Source: a bacterium | GTDB lineage: Bacteria > Acidobacteriota > Blastocatellia > HR10 | DNA: 15,926 nucleotides | NCBI GenBank assembly: GCA_041640655.1 | Contig: JBEPZV010000052.1 | Location: 1 to 15,926, forward strand | Direction: 5' to 3' | In this document: positions 1-8,676 of the stretch, piece after piece | Numbering within the stretch: the stretch's first letter is position 1 | Layout of the letters: every line of letters begins with the position of its first letter | Program-made: the position numbers and the translations under genes | The notes under the pieces: model-generated | Seen by the model: only the letters and a program-made list of their open reading frames with translations | Told to the model about the DNA's origin: nothing | Databases searched by the model: none

Positions 1-1589
1 TGCTCTATCTCTCCTTGCACGATGCGATCTTGAAGGCGCTCGAGAACAACAATCAGATCCAGATCGAGCGCATGGCCGTTCAGGCCAATGAGCGGAGCCT
101 GCTGGCCGCGCGTGGCGCTTACGATATTCTCTTCGGCTTCGACACCAATGGGACGACGGCCACGCGGCCGAGCACCAGCTCCTTCACCACCGGGGCCGAC
201 AATCCGGCCTTCACGAATCGGCAGCTCACCTACAATCTGACGGTGCAGCAATTGCTGCCGACCGGGGGGAACTGGCGCTTCCAGATCCTGAACACGCGAC
301 AGACGACCGATCAGGTCTTCGTCTCCCGCTTCTTGGGCATCGAGAGTCGCGATTCGGCCGTCGCCTTCAATCCCTCCTTCGTGAGCACCGTGCAATTCGA
401 GTTGCGCCAGCCGCTGCTGCGAAACCTGCGCATGGATCAAACGCGGCGGCAGATCGAGATCGCGAAGAAGGCGCTCGATCTCTCCGACAGTCAATTCCGC
501 CAGCGCGTGATCGAGATCATCACGCAGGTGCAGAATGCGTATTGGGATCTCGTCTTCGCCATTCGCAACGTGGAGATCGCGCAGCAATCGCTCGAATTGG
601 CGAAGGCGAATTTGGAGAACAATCGGCGGCAAGTGCAAGCGGGGACGCTCGCCCCCATTGAGCTGGCGCAATCGGAGGCCGAGGTCCAGCGTCGGACGCA
701 GGAGGTGACCGCGGCCATCGGGCAGGTCACCATCGCCGAGAACAACCTCAAGAATCTGATCCTCGGCGACCCGAATTCGCCCGAATGGTCGGCCAATATC
801 GTCCCGACCGAGAGTATTGAGTTCCTCCCGCCGCCGATTGATTTTGAGAGCGCTATTCGGATCGCCTTGATGAATCGGCCGGAGCTGGAGCAACTCCGCT
901 TCCGGAAGGCGCAGAATGAGATTGACCTGAAGTACTTCCGCAACCAGATGCGGCCGCAGATTGACCTGGTGGCCACGTATGGGAGTTCCGGCTTGGCGGG
1001 GACACCGACCTTGGTGACGCGCATCAAGCTGGATGAGGATGGGAATCCCGTCACGGACCCGGAGACGGGAGAACCGGTCTTGGAGCGCGTGCCGCGCGAT
1101 GTGCCGCCGCGCTTCATTGGCGGAGCGGCCAAGGCGCTGCGCACGGCGTTCTCCAACGACTTCCGTTCTTACAGCTTCGGCCTCTCCTTCAGCTTCCCCC
1201 TGCGGAATCGGACGGCCGAGGGGAATTTCGGGGCGGCGCTGGCGCAACGGCGCAGCCTCGATTTCCAGGAGCGGCAGGTGATCCAGCAGATCAGCGTCGA
1301 GGTCCGAAACGCCTTGCAGCAGGTGGAAGTCGCTCGCCAGAACATCGAAGCTGCGCGCGCCGAACGCATCGCGCGTGAACGTCAGTTGGAAGGAGAGCAG
1401 AGGAAGTTTGAGGCCGGACTCTCGACGACCTACTTCGTCCTGCAATTCCAGAACTTCCTGGCCGCCGCGCGCGCCCAGGAGCTGCAAGCGCTGGTCAACT
1501 ACAACAAGGCGATCGCCAATCTCCAGCGCGTGATGTCCACGACGCTGGATGTGTACAACATCAAGATCTCCGCGCAGTCTGGAAGGTGA
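1..1589 (+). CDS. TolC/OEP-family outer membrane efflux protein, 5'-truncated
   Basis: The frame is open from the window edge (LYLSLHDAILKALENN, a typical TolC N-terminal helix), so TTG at 15 is probably not the start. Two OEP-like repeats are visible: 'FELRQPLL' and 'LSFSFPL' beta-strand ends, 'VQNAYWDL', 'QVQAGTLAPIELAQSE' and 'RKFEAGLSTTYFVLQFQ...YNKAIANLQR'. Confidence 0.9.
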   Translation, partial: LYLSLHDAILKALENNNQIQIERMAVQANERSLLAARGAYDILFGFDTNGTTATRPSTSSFTTGADNPAFTNRQLTYNLTVQQLLPTGGNWRFQILNTRQTTDQVFVSRFLGIESRDSAVAFNPSFVSTVQFELRQPLLRNLRMDQTRRQIEIAKKALDLSDSQFRQRVIEIITQVQNAYWDLVFAIRNVEIAQQSLELAKANLENNRRQVQAGTLAPIELAQSEAEVQRRTQEVTAAIGQVTIAENNLKNLILGDPNSPEWSANIVPTESIEFLPPPIDFESAIRIALMNRPELEQLRFRKAQNEIDLKYFRNQMRPQIDLVATYGSSGLAGTPTLVTRIKLDEDGNPVTDPETGEPVLERVPRDVPPRFIGGAAKALRTAFSNDFRSYSFGLSFSFPLRNRTAEGNFGAALAQRRSLDFQERQVIQQISVEVRNALQQVEVARQNIEAARAERIARERQLEGEQRKFEAGLSTTYFVLQFQNFLAAARAQELQALVNYNKAIANLQRVMSTTLDVYNIKISAQSGR

Positions 1590-1596
1590 GGCTATT

Positions 1597-1640
1597 GCCG
1601 AGGCCTCGGTCCTCACTGCGTGACGCCGAGGCCTTCGGCG
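1597..1640. repeat. Pair of short palindromic repeats (GCCGAGGCCTCGG / GCCGAGGCCTTCGG)
   Basis: Copies at 1597-1609 and 1625-1638 in the tolC-GT2 spacer. Each is self-complementary, with no U-tract. Confidence 0.5.
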
Positions 1641-1671
1641 CGATGGACATTCGTGCGCTTTCCATCTGCCT

Positions 1672-2451
1672 ATGAGGATCTCGGCCACGCTCATCGCCTG
1701 CAATGAGGAAGACCGCATCGGTGAGGCGCTGGCATCGGTCGCCTGGGCCGATGAGATCATCGTCGTCGTGGATGCACGGAGCACGGATCGCACGGCGGAG
1801 ATCGCCCGACAGTACACGGAGCGCGTCTTCGTGCGCCCCTGGTCCGGCTATGCCGAGCAGAAGAATTTCGCCGATCAGCAGGCCACGTGCGAGTGGATCT
1901 TCTCCCTCGATGCTGACGAGCGCGTCTCCCCGCAGTTGCGGCGCTCGATCGAGCGGTTGAAACGCGAGGGGCCACGCCATGATGGATATCGCGTGGCGCG
2001 GCGCGCGTGGTATCTCGGGCGGTGGATTCACCATGGCGGGTGGTATCCCGATTATCAGCTTCGGCTCTATCGCCGCGATCGCGCGCGGTGGGTCGGCGCC
2101 TTCGTCCATGAATCCGTGCGCGTCGAGGGGAGCGTGGGGACGCTGGAGGGGGATCTCTGGCATCTGACGCGGCGGAGCTTGAGTGAGCATCATGAGGTGT
2201 TGAATCGCTACACGACGCTGGCGGCCGAAGAAGCCTTCGTTCACGGGAAGCGCGCCGGATGGTTCGCCTTATGCGTCCGTCCGTTTCTGGCGTTCTTGCG
2301 GAGCTACGTGCTGCGGCAAGGGTTTCGCGACGGGATCCCCGGGCTCGTGATCTCCGGCTTCGCCGCTTACTATGTCTTCCTCAAGTACGCGAAGCTCTGG
2401 GAGCGCACGCATCTTCCCGGGGGGTGGGGCGTCCCTTCCGCCCCCTCGTAG
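1672..2451 (+). CDS. Glycosyltransferase family 2, WaaE/KdtX-like (LPS beta-1,4-glucosyltransferase-like)
   Basis: Motifs 'ISATLIACNEE', 'IIVVVDARSTDRT', DxD-type 'SLDADERV', 'GGWYPDYQLRLY', 'VHE' and C-terminal 'GFRDGIPGL...KYAKLWE'. Confidence 0.9.
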   Translation: MRISATLIACNEEDRIGEALASVAWADEIIVVVDARSTDRTAEIARQYTERVFVRPWSGYAEQKNFADQQATCEWIFSLDADERVSPQLRRSIERLKREGPRHDGYRVARRAWYLGRWIHHGGWYPDYQLRLYRRDRARWVGAFVHESVRVEGSVGTLEGDLWHLTRRSLSEHHEVLNRYTTLAAEEAFVHGKRAGWFALCVRPFLAFLRSYVLRQGFRDGIPGLVISGFAAYYVFLKYAKLWERTHLPGGWGVPSAPS

Positions 2452-2453
2452 GC

Positions 2454-3254
2454 TCACCTCGTCTCACTCAAGAAGTCGAGGATGAGCCGGTTGAACGCTT
2501 CGGCTTGCTCGATGAAGACCGCGTGTCCGGCGCCCTCGATGATCGCCAAACGCGCACCGGGGATTCGCGCGGCGAGGTTCCGTGAATTCTCCGGGGGAAT
2601 CAGCCTATCCTCGTCTCCGGTGAGGATGAGGGTGGGCGCGCGGATGGCGGAGACACGATCGGCAGCGTCAAACGCCATCACCGCCTGAATCTGCGCCAGG
2701 AACGTCCGCTCGGAAACGGGATGCGCGAGTCGGCGCCGGACGAGGTCTTCCACGTCATCCGGGTGTTCGGCCAGAAAGCGCGCGGTGAAGGCGATGGGCA
2801 GACCGGCGCGCACGCGCTCCTCGGTGTTCAGTCCTTCCGGCGAGAGAAAGGCTCGGATGATCTCCGGTGCCGCGGGAACATGTTGGGGCCCGCCGAAACT
2901 CGTGCAGACGAGAACGAGCCGATGGATGAGCTCCGGATGAGCCAGGGCGAGCTCTTGCGCGATGAATCCCCCCATGGAGGCGCCCAGGACGTGAGCTCGT
3001 TCGATCCCCAGCTCCTTGAGCAGAGCAGCGGCATCTTCGGCGAGCGTGCGGATCGTCAGTGGAGCCTCCCCCAGCTCGGAGGCTCCAATCCCACGATGGT
3101 CGAAGACGATCGTGCGAAAATGGCGTGAGAAGGCCGGGATCTGTTTGTACCAGATCCAGCCCCCCACGCCGAGTCCAGCAATCAGCAACAGCGGAGTCCC
3201 TGCGCCGTGAGCTTCGTGGTAGAGCCGGACGCCGTTGGCGCGAACCGTCGGCAC
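2454..3254 (-). CDS. Alpha/beta-fold hydrolase (enol-lactonase/PcaD-like subfamily)
   Basis: Start moved to GTG at 3254, 2 nt after the beta-subunit stop, giving MPTVRANGVRLYHEAHGAG. Motifs 'FDHRGIGAS', nucleophile 'GASMGG', acid 'TGDED' and His 'GAGH'. The longer ORF-track version overlaps the beta-subunit gene. Confidence 0.88.
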   Translation of the reverse strand: MPTVRANGVRLYHEAHGAGTPLLLIAGLGVGGWIWYKQIPAFSRHFRTIVFDHRGIGASELGEAPLTIRTLAEDAAALLKELGIERAHVLGASMGGFIAQELALAHPELIHRLVLVCTSFGGPQHVPAAPEIIRAFLSPEGLNTEERVRAGLPIAFTARFLAEHPDDVEDLVRRRLAHPVSERTFLAQIQAVMAFDAADRVSAIRAPTLILTGDEDRLIPPENSRNLAARIPGARLAIIEGAGHAVFIEQAEAFNRLILDFLSETR

Positions 3255-3256
3255 CG

Positions 3257-4138
3257 CTACATCAACTCTTCGATCAACTCCTCGAAGACAGCGCGCTCCG
3301 GCCGGAGCGGATGGCGCACCAGAGGGCCTCGGCGCAAGGCCGGTTCGCTGTCCTCGTAGATCGGGTGCTCGTCCCGGTAGAAGAGGCCGATGGGAATGCG
3401 ATCCCCCCACTCGAAGGACTTGTGGAGTGCCGCCATGACGTCGGCGGGGTCGTAGCCGGCCTCCTCCTCCAACTTGTAGACGCGCTGCTTGAACCAGGGA
3501 TAGGTGTTGACCTTGTTGTAGGTCACGCACGGACTGAAGACGTCAATGAGCGCGAACCCTCGATGCGCGATCCCTCCGGCGATCAACTGCGCGAGATGAT
3601 CGGGATCACCGGAGAAGCCGCGCGCGACGTAGGTCGCTCCGGAGACGAGCGCCAGGGCGATCGGATTGATCGGCGGCTCCGGATTCCCTCGAGGCGTGGA
3701 TTTCGTGCGCACCTCTTTCATCGTCGTGGGCGAGGCCTGCCCCGTGGTGAGGCCGTAGATTTGGTTGTTCATCACGACGTAGGTGATGTCAATGTTCCGG
3801 CGCATGGCGTGGATGAAATGGCCGACGCCGATGCCATACCCATCTCCATCGCCCCCGGTGACGACGACGTGCAACGCATGGTTGGCCAGCTTGATCCCTT
3901 CCGCCACGGCGACCGCTCGCCCGTGCAGGCTGTGCACGCCATAGGCGTGGATGAAGCCCGGCAGGTTCGAGGAGCAACCGATGCCGGACACGATCACCAG
4001 ATCCTTCGGTTGGATGCCGAGCCTGCCGGCCGCCATCTTCACAGCCTTCAGGACGCCGAAATCGCCGCAGCCTGGACACCAATCGGGGTCCACCGGGCCG
4101 GCGTACGTTTCGATCGGAAGTTCAATGACGGTTGCCAT
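3257..4138 (-). CDS. korB: 2-oxoacid:ferredoxin oxidoreductase beta subunit (KorB/PorB-like)
   Basis: 'WCPGCGD', 'SGIGCSS', 'HGRA', TPP-binding 'GGDGD...NNQIYGLTTGQ' and 'SPCVTYN'. Purine-rich SD region (GAAGGAGAGGGGGG) upstream. Substrate specificity cannot be read from the sequence. Confidence 0.92.
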   Translation of the reverse strand: MATVIELPIETYAGPVDPDWCPGCGDFGVLKAVKMAAGRLGIQPKDLVIVSGIGCSSNLPGFIHAYGVHSLHGRAVAVAEGIKLANHALHVVVTGGDGDGYGIGVGHFIHAMRRNIDITYVVMNNQIYGLTTGQASPTTMKEVRTKSTPRGNPEPPINPIALALVSGATYVARGFSGDPDHLAQLIAGGIAHRGFALIDVFSPCVTYNKVNTYPWFKQRVYKLEEEAGYDPADVMAALHKSFEWGDRIPIGLFYRDEHPIYEDSEPALRRGPLVRHPLRPERAVFEELIEELM

Positions 4139-4156
4139 ACCCCCCCTCTCCTTCGC

Positions 4157-6145
4157 TCAAGACGCGGATTCCTCCGGCTCCCACCGATAGGTCGAGCCGG
4201 TTTCGATGCCGATGAGCACGCGCCCCCGCTTCCGCCCCGTCTCGCGGGAGACGATCTCCACGTTCCAGATGGGCTCTTCGAATCCATCGCGTTCGAGGCG
4301 GGAGATGCGTCCGGGGCGCGCATCCTCATCCAAATGGGTACGAATGTAGTGATACGCGATCTCGCGCGCTTCCTCTTCCGTGACCTCCAGACTGAGCGGC
4401 CGCCCGTCGAGGATCGCCTTCACCCGTTCGACGATGTAGCGCGGCTCAAAGGGTTCTCCGTCATATTTGCGGATGTGCGCGTCCACGGAGATGCCCGTCT
4501 CCGCTCGGAGGTAGCGGGCGAACTGTCCGCTGTAGTTGGCCTCGACGCAGATCGTCTTCCGGCAGCGGCGTAAGATCTCGGCCACCTCATGAGCGTGGAA
4601 GGGGAAGAGATACGTGATGTGCAAGCGATTGGCGCGAATCCCCTCCTCGGCGAGCTTCTCCACGGCCTCTCGAATCACGCCTTTGGTTGAGCCCCACCCG
4701 ATCAGCGTGACCTCGGCGTCCTCGGGGCCTTCGAGCACCGGGGGGGGCAGCTCGCGCAGGACGGCCTCGAGCTTGCGCATCCGCTTCTCGTGAATCTTGC
4801 GCCGCACAGGCGGAGAGGTGAAGACGTCGCTGATCAGAATCCCCTCCTCATCGTGATCATCGGTCGCCGCCGTGTGAATGGCCCCTTCCGTCCCCGGCAG
4901 CGCTCGCGGAGAGACGCCCGAGCGGGTGAAGGCATAGCGCTTGTATCTCCCTTTGGACTCGTCCCATTCGGTCACCAGCTCGCCGCGCTCGATGGGGACA
5001 TCATAGCGCAGATCCTCGGGCTCGATCGTCTCCGGGTGCTCGCTGAGCAACAAGTCGCTCATGATGATCACCGGGAGTTGGTACTTCTCGGCGAGATTGA
5101 AGGCCGTGATGACTGCCGAGAAGCACTCGGCCACGTCCCCCGGCGCGATGATGACTCGGGGATAGTCGCCTTGCGAAGCGCCGAAGACCTGATTGAGATC
5201 GCCTTGTTCGGTCTTCGTGGGGAGACCCGTCGAGGGGCCTCCGCGCTGCACTTCGATGACGACCACGGGGGCTTCGATCATCCCCGCCTGTCCGATCGCC
5301 TCGGTCATCAGGGCGAAGCCGCCGCCAGAGGTCCCGCACATGGCGCGAACACCCGCGTATCCCGCGCCGATGGCCATATTCACGACGGCCAACTCATCCT
5401 CGCACTGTTTGACGACGATGCCGCATCGGTCGGCATGTGCGGCCATCCAGTGCAGAATCGAGGAGGCGGGCGTCATCGGATACGCCGAGTAGAACTTGCA
5501 TCCGGCCGTCACCGCGCCGATGGCGAAGGCCTCATTGCCGGTGATGAACGGCCGACGAACATGAGTGAACGTCCATCTGTAGCCGAGCGGGACGAAGTGC
5601 TCCTTGGCATACTCGTATCCCGCGCGCAAGATGGCGACGTTCTGGTCAATGACGGCTTGCCCCTTATGCTTGAAGGTGTCGGTGAGCACACCCGCTGCTG
5701 TCTCGAAGTCCAGGCCGATCAGAAAGAGCAGGGCGCCCAGCGCCACCGTGTTCTGCATGACCGGAGGGACCTTCCCGAGTGGCTTCGTGAGCGTGGAGAC
5801 CGGCAGCGGAACCGGCAACACATGATCCCGCAGCAGCGTCGGATCGAGCTTCAACCGATCGGAGTTGTAGAGGACAGCCCCACCCGGTTCGACCTCGCGC
5901 GCATGTCGCTCGATCGAATCTTGGTTCAGGGCGATGAGGACGTTCAGGTGATCCCCATGAGACGTCAGTTTCCGTTCCCCGATCCGAACCCGCAGCCAGA
6001 TGTGCCCGCCGCGGATGACGGATTGGTAGCTGTTGTACGCGTAGACGTACAGCCCCAATCGAGCGGCCGTCTTGGCGAGGGTGTCCCCCGTCTTATCCAG
6101 ACCATCGCCCGCCGCTCCGCCAATGCCGACGGTGACTTCTCGCAT
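4157..6145 (-). CDS. korA: 2-oxoacid:ferredoxin oxidoreductase alpha subunit (gamma-alpha fusion) with C-terminal extension
   Basis: ATG at 6145 follows SD AAAGGAGA. N-terminal gamma domain 'IGGAAGDG...IRGGH'; alpha motifs 'GNEA', 'AYPMTPAS', 'QCEDE', 'TSGGGFALM', 'QRGGPSTGLPT' and 'IGWGSTKG'. Confidence 0.93.
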   Translation of the reverse strand: MREVTVGIGGAAGDGLDKTGDTLAKTAARLGLYVYAYNSYQSVIRGGHIWLRVRIGERKLTSHGDHLNVLIALNQDSIERHAREVEPGGAVLYNSDRLKLDPTLLRDHVLPVPLPVSTLTKPLGKVPPVMQNTVALGALLFLIGLDFETAAGVLTDTFKHKGQAVIDQNVAILRAGYEYAKEHFVPLGYRWTFTHVRRPFITGNEAFAIGAVTAGCKFYSAYPMTPASSILHWMAAHADRCGIVVKQCEDELAVVNMAIGAGYAGVRAMCGTSGGGFALMTEAIGQAGMIEAPVVVIEVQRGGPSTGLPTKTEQGDLNQVFGASQGDYPRVIIAPGDVAECFSAVITAFNLAEKYQLPVIIMSDLLLSEHPETIEPEDLRYDVPIERGELVTEWDESKGRYKRYAFTRSGVSPRALPGTEGAIHTAATDDHDEEGILISDVFTSPPVRRKIHEKRMRKLEAVLRELPPPVLEGPEDAEVTLIGWGSTKGVIREAVEKLAEEGIRANRLHITYLFPFHAHEVAEILRRCRKTICVEANYSGQFARYLRAETGISVDAHIRKYDGEPFEPRYIVERVKAILDGRPLSLEVTEEEAREIAYHYIRTHLDEDARPGRISRLERDGFEEPIWNVEIVSRETGRKRGRVLIGIETGSTYRWEPEESAS

Positions 6146-6311
6146 GGCGTCTTCTCCTTTATTCCAAGATGTGGAATCCCGGGGAGAACTCGCGAAGTGG
6201 GTGGATCGCGCCTCGCCCAAGAGGAACGTACCGGGGATGATGTGCGAGAGAATCCCCGGACCATCGCGATCGCACTGTGTTCACCTCACCTCGCTTCACG
6301 ATCAAGCCACA

Positions 6312-6340
6312 ATGATAGGCCCTCTCTCACCGGGCGTCAA
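6312..6340 (-). promoter_or_regulatory. Sigma70-type promoter for the oxidoreductase operon
   Basis: On the minus strand: TTGACG (6340-6335), 17 nt, TATCAT (6317-6312). Predicted TSS near 6305. Confidence 0.7.
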
Positions 6341-6408
6341 GCGGGAAGGCCGGAGGATCGCCCGCCGTCGTCTGCGCTCCTTCTGCTGACCCGATCCTGA
6401 CCCGCCCG

Positions 6409-6417
6409 TGCTATACT
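6409..6417 (+). promoter_or_regulatory. Extended -10 promoter element for hemW (probably leaderless)
   Basis: TGcTATACT ends 7 nt before the ATG at 6425. No clear SD between them. Confidence 0.65.
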
Positions 6418-6424
6418 GTGGGGT

Positions 6425-7552
6425 ATGGTGCCGTGGGGGATCTACGTGCACATCCCGTTTTGTCCGTACAAGTGCGCCTATTGTGATTTCGATTCCGGGG
6501 TCCACCCGCAGGAGATGGTGGCGGCTTACGTCGCGGCTCTGCGGAAGGAGATCGTGCGGGCGGGTGCCGACCCCCTCTCGGTAGACACGATCTATTTCGG
6601 CGGGGGGACGCCGTCGCTTCTGGACCCGGATGTGCTTGGGGGGCTTCTCCAAACCGTGCGTCGGACGTTCGCGGTGTGTCCGGAGGCGGAGATCACCCTC
6701 GAGGCGAATCCGGGGACGATCACGGCGGAGAAGGCCCGCGCGTTTCGCGCGCTCGGGGTGAATCGCGTGAGCCTCGGAGCGCAGACCTTTGAGGCAGGTG
6801 AACTTCGCGCGCTCGGGCGTCGGCATACGGTGGAGCAGATCGGCGAGTCGGTGGCCCTACTGCGCGCGGCTGGCATAGAGAACCTGAACCTGGACCTGAT
6901 CATTGGGATCCCCGGACAGACCCTGACAAGCTGGGAGCGGACGATGGATCGCGCGTTCTCGTTGCGACCGACCCATCTCTCGGTCTACATGCTGGAGGTT
7001 CATGAGGGGACGCCGTTGGCGACACAGTTAGCCCAGGGGCGCGTGGTGGAGCCGGACGAGGCGCTCACGGTCGCGATGTACCATCGGTTCCTGGAGCGCG
7101 CGGAGGAAGAGGGGTATGAGCAGTATGAGATCTCCAATTTCTGTCGGCCGGGGTTCGCCTCTCGGCACAATCTGAAATATTGGTCTGACGAGCCCTATCT
7201 CGGGTTCGGGTGCAGCGCGCACTCCTACGATTTCCGAGAGCGGCGGTGGAATCTCGCGACGCCGCAGGCGTACATCGCCGCCATGCGCGAGCGGGGGGAG
7301 GCGGTGGCCGGGCGCATCGCCATGACCGAGCGCCGACGGATCGAGGAGGCCCTCATGCTTGGGCTGCGCCGGCGTTCGGGGGTGAATCTGAGCGCCTTTC
7401 GAGAGCGCTATGGCCTGGAGGTCCTCGATCTCTATGGCGATCAGCTCGCGCCGCTGAGCGAAGCCGGACTGATCGAGATCAGCGGAGAATGGCTGCGCCT
7501 CACGCGGCGAGGTTTGGTCCTGGCCAATGAGGTGTTTGCCGTCTTTGTGTGA
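6425..7552 (+). CDS. hemW: Radical SAM heme chaperone HemW (HemN-like)
   Basis: '[16 protein letters not shown]' (CxxxCxxC), 'YFGGGTPS', 'EANP', 'YEISNF' and the HemW-typical 'HNLKYW'. It lacks the long N-terminus of true HemN. Confidence 0.9.
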   Translation: MVPWGIYVHIPFCPYKCAYCDFDSGVHPQEMVAAYVAALRKEIVRAGADPLSVDTIYFGGGTPSLLDPDVLGGLLQTVRRTFAVCPEAEITLEANPGTITAEKARAFRALGVNRVSLGAQTFEAGELRALGRRHTVEQIGESVALLRAAGIENLNLDLIIGIPGQTLTSWERTMDRAFSLRPTHLSVYMLEVHEGTPLATQLAQGRVVEPDEALTVAMYHRFLERAEEEGYEQYEISNFCRPGFASRHNLKYWSDEPYLGFGCSAHSYDFRERRWNLATPQAYIAAMRERGEAVAGRIAMTERRRIEEALMLGLRRRSGVNLSAFRERYGLEVLDLYGDQLAPLSEAGLIEISGEWLRLTRRGLVLANEVFAVFV

Positions 7553-7593
7553 GGTCGGGTACATTTATCCCCCTCTATTGGCGGGAGGATGGG

Positions 7594-8655
7594 ATGCGAC
7601 TCATTGATCTGCGCAGCGATACGGTGACGCGGCCGACGCCGGAGATGCGCGAGGCGATGGCGCGCGCCGAGGTCGGCGACGATGTCTACGGGGAAGATCC
7701 GACGGTGAATCGGTTGCAGGAGCGCGCGGCCGAGATTTTTCAGAAAGAGGCGGCGCTCTTTGTCCCCTCGGGCACAATGGGGAACCAGATCTGCGTGAAG
7801 GTGCACACGCGGCCAGGGCAGGAAGTGATCCTGGAGGAGAAGAGCCACATCTACAACTTCGAGATGGCGGCCATGGCTGTGATCTCCGGGACGCTGCCCC
7901 GCGTCGTGCGCGGGCGGGATGGGATCGTGGATTGGCCGACGATCGAGGCGGCCTTGAGTCCGAACGTCTACTATCGTGCGCCGACGGGATTGATCTGTCT
8001 GGAGAACACGCACAATCTGGCGGGAGGGACAGTCCTGCCCGTGGAGACGGCGCGCCAGATTTGCGCGCGCGCGCATGCGCGGGGCGTGCCCGTGCATTTG
8101 GATGGAGCGCGCGTGTTCAATGCCGCCGTCGCGTGCGCGCGCTCGGTCGCCGAATTGGCCGAGCCGTTCGATTCGGTGATGGTCTGCCTCTCGAAAGGGC
8201 TCGGGGCTCCGGTGGGGTCGCTGATTCTCGGATCTCGCGCCTTCATCGAGGAGGCGCGCGCCGTGCGGAAGATGCTCGGCGGTGGGATGCGGCAAGTGGG
8301 CGTGCTCGCCGCTGCGGGGCTGATCGCTCTGGAGAAGATGCCCGCGCGGCTTGTTGAGGATCACGAGAAAGCGCGCCTCCTGGCCTTCGGCCTGGCCGAG
8401 CTTCCGGGGCTGGCGCTCGATCCCGAGAAGGTCCAGACGAACATCGTCATCGTGGATGTCACGGCGACCGGATGGACGGCGGAGGAGTTCGCCGGACGGC
8501 TCAAAGCGCGAGGCGTTCTGGTCGGAAGCCTCGGGCCGACGACCGTCCGCCTGGTGACGCATTACGACGTCAGCCGCGAGGATTGCGCCGAGGCGCTCCG
8601 CCGCATTCGTGAAATCCTTCGAGAGGCGCCCCGACTCCACGCCACGCGAGCGTGA
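7594..8655 (+). CDS. ltaE: Low-specificity L-threonine aldolase (PLP-dependent)
   Basis: '[12 protein letters not shown]', '[12 protein letters not shown]', 'PSGTMGNQ', 'HLDGAR' and PLP-lysine motif '[10 protein letters not shown]'. ATG 7594 follows GGAGG. Alternative GTG start at 7549 overlaps the hemW stop. Confidence 0.92.
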   Translation: MRLIDLRSDTVTRPTPEMREAMARAEVGDDVYGEDPTVNRLQERAAEIFQKEAALFVPSGTMGNQICVKVHTRPGQEVILEEKSHIYNFEMAAMAVISGTLPRVVRGRDGIVDWPTIEAALSPNVYYRAPTGLICLENTHNLAGGTVLPVETARQICARAHARGVPVHLDGARVFNAAVACARSVAELAEPFDSVMVCLSKGLGAPVGSLILGSRAFIEEARAVRKMLGGGMRQVGVLAAAGLIALEKMPARLVEDHEKARLLAFGLAELPGLALDPEKVQTNIVIVDVTATGWTAEEFAGRLKARGVLVGSLGPTTVRLVTHYDVSREDCAEALRRIREILREAPRLHATRA

Positions 8656-8676
8656 AGGCTTCGACCGGTGGATGAG

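Noticed and set aside
6146..6305. TPP riboswitch upstream of the TPP-dependent oxidoreductase
   Set aside because: It lacks the GCTGAGA and ACCTGA...TAAT...GCG.AGG core elements.
3059..6400. 504-aa and 536-aa plus-strand ORFs antisense to korAB
   Set aside because: Shadow ORFs. The minus strand carries clear oxidoreductase motifs.
6425..7552. HemN coproporphyrinogen III dehydrogenase or a RiPP-modifying radical SAM enzyme
   Set aside because: Its length, short N-terminus and HNxxYW motif indicate HemW. There is no SPASM domain or adjacent precursor-peptide cluster.
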